DNA of 62,537 bases, the filler included. It is 16 parts of 16 records of this genome, joined end to end, with 100 filler letters (N's around TTAATTAATTAA, not from the genome) between each part and the next. Parts side by side here need not be neighbours in the genome. Positions count along the whole stretch, not along the records: positions 45,568 to 47,880 come from SRR9188676_1926; positions 47,981 to 58,088 come from SRR9188676_1931; 14 more parts are not named here. The stretch is one strand, 5' to 3'. The notes below the pieces were generated by a model. That model searched no databases, was not told where the DNA came from, and was given only the letters and a program-made list of their open reading frames with translations. Within the stretch, counting starts at the first letter, position 1, and each line of letters starts with the position of its first letter. Made by a program: the position numbers and the translations under genes. Shown here piece after piece: positions 46,641-55,036 of this stretch.

Positions 46641-48048
46641 ACGCAGCGACCACATCGGGCTGATCAAAGCAGAAGTCATTACTCTTGACAAGATATGGAC
46701 CAATCTATCACAAACCTCCATATTCTGAGGTAAACCAGCGTGACCGAGAAGAGAATCCCTGCTCCCGGCGAGGTGCGCCACAAGACCCGTGCCGACTTTT
46801 CGACTCCCTTTGAGATACAAGATCAACAATCATCCCTCTGGAAAACTATGGTACCAGCCAATCTGCGAGTCATCACTTCTCTTGTCTCCCCCATTTCTTC
46901 AAGTATTTGATTTCACGGTCCTCAAACGATCAATCAAACAAGCAAAAAAAACCCGCATGTATCGTTCTTTCTCATTTTGAGGATTAGCCTTCCGAGATAT
47001 TCGGGTTACAGCAGACACTATCGACCCTTACCACGATGATTCACAACGTTTTCTGTTTCTGTTTTGTTTTGTTTTCCTTTCCGAGAAGGTAATGATGGAA
47101 TTTTTGCTCTCTTTCTCCTATTCTAACTCTTTAGTTTCCCATGTTTGTATACTTATCCCTTATCACATTCTCGATTCTGTGAATATCCCAGATGAAAAGC
47201 TCAGCCGTTGCCACTGGAACGACCCTAAAATGACAATAGCCCAAACCAGTTCACCCAACCAGCAATCAGCCGCAGTGCCAACAACCTACCTTGACGTCTG
47301 GAGCAGACGTCATTCATTGTCTGATCACACTCGAGCGCCTGTACTGAACCCTGAAAATGGTAAATTTTTTTGGAGCGACAGTAGCGAATATGTCCCCCGT
47401 CCGAGTTTTGACTTTTCAAAGCGCTCTCCAAAAATCTCACTAAATTTTATTATATCGCTCAAAAAGAGTTCATTCAACCAGGTTCTTAGTGGTCAAAGCT
47501 TCGGTGTCCTGGTGCGCCGAAAATCAAATGATCGACAGTAACCATTGCACCAGGGTCAAGTCTAGAGGCAACATGTTTCAAATCTGAAACTGTGAGAAAG
47601 CTCCAGCTCAACAAAAGACCCGCCCTTTCCAGGGGACCAAATTCCTTCCTAGTTTTTCTGCAGTTCGTGCCACATGTTCCCACCGTTTCATCCCGTCTCT
47701 CGCCTATTTAGTAGGAGTCCTCTGAATCAATGGATAGATACATTAATGATCTTTTAAAGGGTGCATTCGTGGTCAAAAATTGTGCATTCCGTTGGACATA
47801 AAGTTGACTCGAAAGGATAAGGTGAACGTCCGAAAACTTCGCGAGTTCTCGAAAGGCTGGGACTATCACTCTACCCATTANNNNNNNNNNNNNNNNNNNN
47901 NNNNNNNNNNNNNNNNNNNNNNNNTTAATTAATTAANNNNNNNNNNNNNNNNNNNNNNNNNNNNNNNNNNNNNNNNNNNNTGTGTCATCGACGAGATATT
48001 TTATGTCTTCAGAGTGTTGTTTTATCTGATGCAAGAGATAAAATATCT

Positions 48049-49074
48049 CTAAGCAAAATGTTCACGGGCTACTTGCCAAATGATTTTGGTTTCAATTGGC
48101 ATGATGCCTTTTTGTTGTTGCTGAATAGAAATATCTGCAATGATTTTCCAATGACGAGCCAAATCTCTGTAGGCATTCCAAACGGTGTTTTTAGGGTCAT
48201 AGATATGTCCCGGTTCAGAACTTACTCCGTTCAATTCCATGATTCGGATATTTTTTCCTTCATATAAATCTTCGATTGACTTTACTTTCATATCGAATCT
48301 TCCATAATGAAAACCTTCAATCGGTAGCGCAATTTTATCAAAGACTTGATTCAGTTTTTCATTGATTAAGAAATTGTTATCTAAGAATTTAGTGCCTCTA
48401 CAATGATTTCCTATCGGTTCTAATAATCGTTTTTCTCCTGCTGGAATTACTTCATGAATCTTTTCTCCTAAACGTAAACGCATCGTTTCAAGCTGAAATC
48501 TTGCACGAGTACTGGATTGCATTAATGCTTCAATACTAGATTTTCCATCGCCTGTTACCGACAAAAACTCTTTTCTAGTAATTGAACTTACTTGTCCTTT
48601 TGATTGATTTGGATAACGATAATAGAGTACGCCCAATTCAATACCAAAAGTGATAAATTCTTGAATGATAAAATCTTCTTGAAGGTTTTGTAAGTATTTT
48701 TCAAGCGCAAATTGGTCGATAATCTTTTCAACTTGCGAGCCTCTTTCACCCACATTGGGTTTACAAATAATAGGGAATTCAAGCTTGTTTTCTTCTAGCT
48801 TTTCAAGAATTATAGCCAAAGAAGTTTCTTTTTTTACAAAGAAATAAGTCGGTAAAAAGTCGGAAGAAATCTGTTTTAGAATATCAATTTTACTTTCACC
48901 AAAGAAACCGCCATAATCAATACAAGGGTCGGCATTGGTGAAAAAAGTAAGCGAGCGAGTACGAGCCGCTTGATATAACCAATAGGGGAGAAGCGGAATG
49001 TAAAACATCCACCACGTCCAATATTCAAAATGCGTAAGTTTGATAAGCCAGAGCGGTAATTGTAATTTGTTCAT
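48049..49074 (-). CDS. Bacteroidota ATP-grasp fold protein (D-Ala-D-Ala ligase-like family)
   Basis: HFEYWT, FFTNADP, ESKIDIL, FPIICKPNVGERG, IIQEFI, ELGVLYYR, GDGKSSI, GNHCRG, FHYGRFD, IMELNGVSSEPGHIYDP. Confidence 0.85.
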   Translation of the reverse strand: MNKLQLPLWLIKLTHFEYWTWWMFYIPLLPYWLYQAARTRSLTFFTNADPCIDYGGFFGESKIDILKQISSDFLPTYFFVKKETSLAIILEKLEENKLEFPIICKPNVGERGSQVEKIIDQFALEKYLQNLQEDFIIQEFITFGIELGVLYYRYPNQSKGQVSSITRKEFLSVTGDGKSSIEALMQSSTRARFQLETMRLRLGEKIHEVIPAGEKRLLEPIGNHCRGTKFLDNNFLINEKLNQVFDKIALPIEGFHYGRFDMKVKSIEDLYEGKNIRIMELNGVSSEPGHIYDPKNTVWNAYRDLARHWKIIADISIQQQQKGIMPIETKIIWQVAREHFA

Positions 49075-49368
49075 GTTGCAAACTTACGGATAATGAGGAA
49101 ATGATGGATGTCGGGAATCGGACAGTTTTATTGATTTGGGATTTATGATGTTGGATTTTAGATGTCGGAAATCGGATTTCAGCTTTCAGTCTTCTGTTAA
49201 TCAATAATTACTAACTACTAATTCGCCGATTTTTCCTGAAACGGCAAAGCAAGAGTTGTCGTTACGAAGTGCCATTTTTAAAGCAGATTCCTAATCACTA
49301 ATTCACAATTCGCTAACTCACAATTAAGAAAAATCACTAATTCACAACTGACTCATTCACTCAATAAA

Positions 49369-50727
49369 TCACTGCCCCAAATGTTGAATGGCACTTCTTC
49401 TAGGAATGGTTAAAATCTGTTTTTGTCGCCCGTCTATATAATGGACTTTTCCGTTGATAAAAAGTCCTTGTTCTTCAAGCATGATTCTTACTTCTTTATT
49501 CCCCCATTCTGGAATTTTCACCTTCGCATTCAGTTCAATGGCATAAGCAGTATTTTCATTCAAAGGATATTCGCCATTGCCCGGCACGCCACCTTGCATA
49601 TCCCACATACCAATCGCTGGTCCAGCAGCATGACCGTGATAACCCACTGGATGTGAATAGATTTGTGCTACCAAACCATCTTGCTCTGCTTTACGAAGCG
49701 ATAGTGCTAAAATTTGATTGCCCGTCATGCCCACTTTAAAGAACCCCGTCATAATATCTTGAACTTTGTTGCCAGCTGCTAAGGCTTTTCGTAAATATTC
49801 TGGTAATTCCTTTTCTTCGGGACGAAGTACATAGGCTAATTCTTGCACATCTGTATTTAAGCGAAGATAAGTAATGCCAAAATCGCAATGAAGTAAATCA
49901 CCGGAGAGAATCACATCTTCCGCTGGGCGACGGTCATAAGGCCAGTTCGTTTTATCTGGATCTGGACGTTGCACATCAACCGTTGGATGAAACCAAGTAT
50001 CTAACTTTAATTCAGCTACTCTTTCACGTAAATACCAAACTACATCTTCGGTAGTGGTTACACCCGGAACGACTACTTTATCAGAAAAAGCTTCTGCAAT
50101 AATTTGATGCGTAATACGGTCTAAGGTTTCGTAAAGGGCTATTTCTCTTGGCGTTCTACTTTCCAACCAGCCAACAGCTAGTTTTTCGCTAGAAACAATT
50201 TTCTCTTTACTTTTCTGCGATAAGTTTTCTATCAAAGCTTCGTGTTCAGAATGCGAAAGTCCATCAGAATGTGCATATTGTTCAGAAACATCAATCGCAA
50301 TTTTCTTAGGATTTCTTTCTTCAATTAAGGCAGAAAGACGTTTCCATTGGTTGGGTTCTTCTTCGGGTTTCCAAGCAGATTTGAAAATCGTACCTACATT
50401 ATAGCGAGCTACTGCCAAACATTCCAAGCCTTCTTTTTCGCCTTTATCGTAAATCAATAGAATCGTTCTTCGGCGAGCATTCAGCCAAGTAGAAGGAAGC
50501 ATCGTTTTGATGATTGGGTCTTCGTTGTATTCACGGGCAATAATTAGCCACATATCAATGCCTTGCTTTCGCATCAAAGAAGGCAAAAGAGATTTAAAGC
50601 GTTCTTCCAATAATTGGTCTTGCAGAACAGCTCTGTCTTTTAACGCTAAAATTTTAGGAATATCCTGAGCAAGAAGAGAATGAATAGCAAAAAGTAAGGC
50701 AATAAAGGTAAAAGCGTATTTGTTCAT
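49369..50727 (-). CDS. Secreted M24-family (Xaa-Pro) aminopeptidase
   Basis: Probable start MNKYAFTF with a signal peptide. Motifs IDMWLIIAREYNEDP, LLHCDFGI..L.TDVQ, YSHPVGYHGHAAGP, AIELN, LEEQ. Confidence 0.88.
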   Translation of the reverse strand: MNKYAFTFIALLFAIHSLLAQDIPKILALKDRAVLQDQLLEERFKSLLPSLMRKQGIDMWLIIAREYNEDPIIKTMLPSTWLNARRRTILLIYDKGEKEGLECLAVARYNVGTIFKSAWKPEEEPNQWKRLSALIEERNPKKIAIDVSEQYAHSDGLSHSEHEALIENLSQKSKEKIVSSEKLAVGWLESRTPREIALYETLDRITHQIIAEAFSDKVVVPGVTTTEDVVWYLRERVAELKLDTWFHPTVDVQRPDPDKTNWPYDRRPAEDVILSGDLLHCDFGITYLRLNTDVQELAYVLRPEEKELPEYLRKALAAGNKVQDIMTGFFKVGMTGNQILALSLRKAEQDGLVAQIYSHPVGYHGHAAGPAIGMWDMQGGVPGNGEYPLNENTAYAIELNAKVKIPEWGNKEVRIMLEEQGLFINGKVHYIDGRQKQILTIPRRSAIQHLGQ

Positions 50728-50867
50728 GATGAAGGATGTTAATGAAATTAGATTCTTATAAAAATAAGAGAATTTCATTAGAGAAGACTTATCATGAGCT
50801 GATTTTTTCTTCCATTCTCTGCAATAATTTTCGAAGTTATCAGAATCTTCAAACCGTTTTATGGTAT

Positions 50868-50899
50868 AAAAAAAGAAGCTCGTGGAGACACGAGCTTCT
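50868..50899 (-). terminator. Intrinsic terminator of map
   Basis: AGAAGCTCGTG-gaga-CACGAGCTTCT perfect hairpin followed by a T run on the minus strand. Confidence 0.88.
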
Positions 50900-50918
50900 C
50901 AAGAAATAATGGTTTTTC

Positions 50919-51683
50919 TTAATTCCAAATCTCATTCATCTCTGTCAATACAATTGGTTTTCCATCGGTAACAACAATTGTATGTTCGTGTTGAGCCATA
51001 AACCCGCCCCTGTTTCCAACCATTGTCCAGCCATCTTGCAATGTTTCAGCATAAGTAGAAGTAGTTGAAATAAATGTTTCAATAGCTACCACAGAATTTT
51101 TCTTAAACCTTGTGGTATTATATTTATCTCTGAAATTTGCTATTTCACTTGGTTCTTCATGAAGACTTCTTCCTACTCCATGACCAGTCAGATTTTTGAT
51201 GACCTTATAACCTCTTTTTTTAGCTTCAGTTTCAATCAAAAGTCCAATGTCAGAAATGCGAACGCCGCCCTTAATATTATAAATAGCTTTATGTAAAATT
51301 TGTTTTGACGCTTCAACCAATTGTTGATGTTTGTTTACATCATTTCCAATGACAAATGAAGCACCATTGTCCGACCAAAAACCACCAAGTTCTGCTGAAA
51401 CATCAATATTAATTAAATCTCCTTCTTTTAATATTCGTTTGCTTGAAGGAATGCCGTGACAAAATTCATTATTAGTACTGATACAAGTCCAACCAGGAAA
51501 ACCATAAGTAAGATACGGAGCAGATTTAGCTCCCAAGTCATTCAGGATTTGTCCACCATAATTATCCAATTCCTTTGTTGTCATACCGGGCTGGGCAAAC
51601 TTTCTCATTTCTTTCAACGTGTAAGCAACTGCTTCACTTGCTTTTTGCATTCCAACTAATTCTGATTCTTTTGTTATCGACAT
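50919..51683 (-). CDS. map: Type I methionine aminopeptidase
   Basis: GFPGWTCISTNNEFCHGIP, GDLINIDVS, WSDNG, GHGVGRSLHEEP, VAIETFI, AQHEHTIVVT. Confidence 0.96.
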   Translation of the reverse strand: MSITKESELVGMQKASEAVAYTLKEMRKFAQPGMTTKELDNYGGQILNDLGAKSAPYLTYGFPGWTCISTNNEFCHGIPSSKRILKEGDLINIDVSAELGGFWSDNGASFVIGNDVNKHQQLVEASKQILHKAIYNIKGGVRISDIGLLIETEAKKRGYKVIKNLTGHGVGRSLHEEPSEIANFRDKYNTTRFKKNSVVAIETFISTTSTYAETLQDGWTMVGNRGGFMAQHEHTIVVTDGKPIVLTEMNEIWN

Positions 51684-51742
51684 ATTTTCTTTTTCTAAAG
51701 TATTTGTTGTGTTTAGCTTGACTGCTGAATTTTAAATATAGA

Positions 51743-51750
51743 CAAATTTA
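51743..51750 (-). promoter_or_regulatory. Bacteroidota -7 promoter element for map
   Basis: TAAATTTG on the minus strand matches TAnnTTTG, 60 bp upstream of the ATG. Confidence 0.6.
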
Positions 51751-52020
51751 CGTTTTTTCTTATAGGTAAAAAATGGATATAAATAAACCAATTGTACTTT
51801 ACTTAACAATGGAAACAATAGAGGAAGTTCATATCGTTTTAATGGGCATTGGTAAAACAACAAAAATACCTATTACATGTAAAATTGATTGCCAAACACC
51901 GTCCTCTTGAAAATGATGCTGTAGGCAATTCTATTTTTAGGAAGAAATATTTAGCTTAAAGTATGGCTTTTTTTATTGAAAAGTTTAACTTACTTATCAT
52001 TTATATTTTTAATTTTGATT

Positions 52021-52797
52021 ATGTCTAACGAGCATTCACAACTTTACGTCAGAGCAAAAAAAATATGGGAGACAGTGGTAAAAGACGAACCCGGTTATCC
52101 CCTCGAATTAAAATTACAATTAGAGTTACACAAACAACTTCTTAATCTCTTTCAGCCGGGTACTTATTACTACTATGTGTTTAACATATTTGAAGCAGAC
52201 TTTGATTTTGTGAGCCCTGAGGTTGCGAATGTACTTGGCTATTTACCTGAAGAAGTAAATATTCATAAATTCTTGGATATAATTCATCCAGAAGACAAGC
52301 CTTACTTTTTACAATTTGAACAGCGAATTACAGAGTTTTTCAAGACATTGCCGTTTGAGAAAATATCAAAATATAAAATGCAGTACGATTTTAGGATGCG
52401 TACAAAGGACAATCGTTATGTACGGCTACTACACCAAGCAATACAAATAGATTTTGACGAAACGAATTATTATAGAACACTAGATCTAGATACTGATATC
52501 ACACATCTAAAGAAAGACGGGGAACCTTCTTTTTCAATAATAGGTCTTGACGGAGAACCATCTTACTATAATATTACAGAAACTAATACGCTTATTTTAT
52601 CTCATGACCTTTTTACAAGAAGAGAACGAGTGATTTTAAAAATGATTGTAGAGAATAAAACTAGTAAAGAAATAGCCAGCATACTTTTTATAAGTCTGCA
52701 TACCGTAAACACCCATCGTAAGAACATATTGAGAAAAGCCAAAGTCTCAACGCCAATAGAACTTGTGCGTAAAGCGATTCAGGAAGGTTGGGTGTAA
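52021..52797 (+). CDS. PAS-domain LuxR-family transcriptional regulator
   Basis: FVSPEVANVLGY...IIHPEDK...YDFRM (PAS_3) and FTRRERVILKMIVENKTSKEIASILFISLHTVNTHRKNILRK (LuxR HTH). ATG at 52021 is the likelier start. Confidence 0.92.
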   Translation: MSNEHSQLYVRAKKIWETVVKDEPGYPLELKLQLELHKQLLNLFQPGTYYYYVFNIFEADFDFVSPEVANVLGYLPEEVNIHKFLDIIHPEDKPYFLQFEQRITEFFKTLPFEKISKYKMQYDFRMRTKDNRYVRLLHQAIQIDFDETNYYRTLDLDTDITHLKKDGEPSFSIIGLDGEPSYYNITETNTLILSHDLFTRRERVILKMIVENKTSKEIASILFISLHTVNTHRKNILRKAKVSTPIELVRKAIQEGWV

Positions 52798-52937
52798 ATC
52801 GCTAATAGTGATAAAATTATTTATGAAAAACTGTACCCAACGATACATTAAGGCTACTATCGCTTTTAGTTTATATCATCGGTTTGATAAACGGGTCTTT
52901 AGTTTTTAGCTATTTAGAAGGCCTTGCTCATTTTTAA

Positions 52938-52986
52938 AATACCTACCCATAGGTATTGTCTTACCTACCTTGATTTTATAAGTTTG
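52938..52986 (+). promoter_or_regulatory. Palindromic operator overlapping a Bacteroidota promoter for the LamG gene
   Basis: AATACCTA-ccca-TAGGTATT (52938-52957); TTG at 52956-52958; TAAGTTTG at 52979-52986 with 20-bp spacing. Confidence 0.7.
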
Positions 52987-53218
52987 TCACGTTGATAGTA
53001 GCTCTAAGGATTAAAATTCATGATTAAACACTCACAATACAATGATATGAGGTGTGATTCTGTTCGTGAAGGCGTCTCGTTACTAATGTAGAATGATAAA
53101 AACTACAAGTTTTATGATATTGTTTAAACAAGTGGAGACAGGTAACTTCTATACAATTTTTAGCAATTAACACAATTAAGTGTATTCATAATGATCAACT
53201 TACAAACAATAATAATCT

Positions 53219-54019
53219 ATGAGAAAATCAGTAATCGTTTCGACTGTAATGCTATGTTTTCTTCTTGTCGTAGGATGTAAACTAAAAGAAAATGATGATA
53301 TTACACCTATCCCTACTTATACAATTCCTACCAATGGTTTAATTGCATACTTTCCCTTCAATGGGAATGCCAATGATGAGAGTGGATATAAAAACAATGG
53401 GGAGGTAATTCAAGGAGTGGTTTTGACTGCTGATAGAAAATTAAATAAAGACAAAGCCTATAGTTTTGGAGGTTTTGACAACGTTGGTTACATCAAAGTC
53501 AATAATTCAGAAAATATGCATCTAACCAAGACACTTTCTATCTCTATTTGGTATAAACTAAACTCATACTATGGAATGGATAGCTATGCAAAAGCAAGTC
53601 AAAATGGCTATCACGTTTTGATTGGAAAAGAAGGTGACAGAGATGGCTTCTATATGGCAGTTGATAATAATCAGGCTACTAACAAACAGAATGTAGCCTT
53701 TTACAACAAAATTGCCTTTAGTAGTAATTTCTCAATACTTGGTAATCCAACAGGTACAAAATCAGAAAATACCAATAAATGGATTCATACCGTGACAGTA
53801 ATTGATGAAGTAAATGCCAAATTATACATTAATGGTACACTTATTCAGTCAACACCAGTATCTCCTGACTTTTCAAGTGCAAATACCAAAAATTTGTATA
53901 TCGGTACCATGATGGCCTTAGGCACAAATTGGTATCCATTTAATGGCTCTATTGATGACATAAGAATTTATAACCGTAGCCTATCTGATACTGAAATAGT
54001 AGCACTTTCGAAGGAATAG
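53219..54019 (+). CDS. LamG-like jellyroll (concanavalin A-like) lipoprotein
   Basis: Lipobox LVVGC; GLIAYFPFNGNANDESG..NNG, LTADR, SISIWYK, WIHTV, LYINGTL, FNGSIDDIRIYNRSLSDTEI. Confidence 0.9.
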   Translation: MRKSVIVSTVMLCFLLVVGCKLKENDDITPIPTYTIPTNGLIAYFPFNGNANDESGYKNNGEVIQGVVLTADRKLNKDKAYSFGGFDNVGYIKVNNSENMHLTKTLSISIWYKLNSYYGMDSYAKASQNGYHVLIGKEGDRDGFYMAVDNNQATNKQNVAFYNKIAFSSNFSILGNPTGTKSENTNKWIHTVTVIDEVNAKLYINGTLIQSTPVSPDFSSANTKNLYIGTMMALGTNWYPFNGSIDDIRIYNRSLSDTEIVALSKE

Positions 54020-54187
54020 GTATTACACTTATATATTTTTGTCAGGTATGATGTATCTAGTAGGTAGCTCATACCTTTTGGCTATTTTATTATTTACATT
54101 TAACCCCCTCACTTGAAAATACAAGCATTATATACACAAAAAATATATTCGATAGTAATACTTACTTGAATTTTAATATATACAGGG

Positions 54188-54644
54188 ATGAAAAAAAAGT
54201 AATTTTAGTACTTCTGTTGATGTTAAGTACAACGTTTTGTTTTGGTCAAAAATATGAATGGAGTGGGTGGGTACGAATGTCTTGTTTCGAAGGTATTTGG
54301 ATGCGAAGTAAAAAAGAGAATTTTAATAAAGGACTCAATAAGTGGTGGTGGTACGTACAATTTCAAAATAGATATAATTAAAGAGTAGCTTTTAGTTGGA
54401 GACAATATGATGCGGCTGATGGAACTCCAGAACGCTTAATTAGCCGACAATCTTCGAAACCAATGAAATATGGGAAAGTACCGGCATAGGTGGTCAGGAA
54501 ACTGTTTCTGTTATCATTAATGATGCTTGTTTTGCATTTAAAAAAGTTAATGACACGTGGGTTGAACAATGTCACGTTGATTTTGAATATTGGAAAATGG
54601 CTTCTTACGCAGCCTGCGATAATGGAATACCTAACAAAGGATGA
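54188..54644 (+). pseudogene. Disrupted gene for a small secreted Cys/Trp-rich protein
   Basis: ATG plus an A8 run is out of frame with the signal peptide KKVILVLLLMLSTTFCFGQ. There is an in-frame TAA at 54379 and a second frameshift near 54452 before FETNEIWESTGIGGQETVSVIINDACF...ACDNGIPNKG*. Confidence 0.65.
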
Positions 54645-54867
54645 TAAACCTGTTTTAAATTTTAACCTTCAAATAATTATTTCAAGTGAAATAATTATTG
54701 ATTTCAGCTATTCGAAGGATTATTTTATTGGTGGAGATGTTACTTATCCAACCACATTGCAATCAGAGAAAATGAAATACTTTAGCATAAAAATTATTAA
54801 GCAAGGTAAGTTATATTAATAATAATTACGAAGTATATGTCTTATAAATTCCACCCTGTAGGCTGAA

Positions 54868-54903
54868 TTTTTTTTGCCTTTTTAAGTCGAAAAGGCAAAA
54901 AAA
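54868..54903. terminator. Bidirectional terminator-like hairpin downstream of priA
   Basis: TTTTTTTGCCTTTT-taagtcg-AAAAGGCAAAAAAA. Confidence 0.75.
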
Positions 54904-55036
54904 CCTTTACTCGCCCTGATGAATCCAAATATGTTTTTGCCATTACAATAAATAATTTTTACCTAGTTTAAGTGTAAAGCAAAGCATTACTCGGACTAAA
55001 TAAGCTAGCAAACCATGAAAATGGAATAAACTCAAA

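Noticed and set aside
54490-54819. 109-aa ORF as a real gene
   Set aside because: Overlaps the more coherent frame of the pseudogene and has no RBS-like context or motif.
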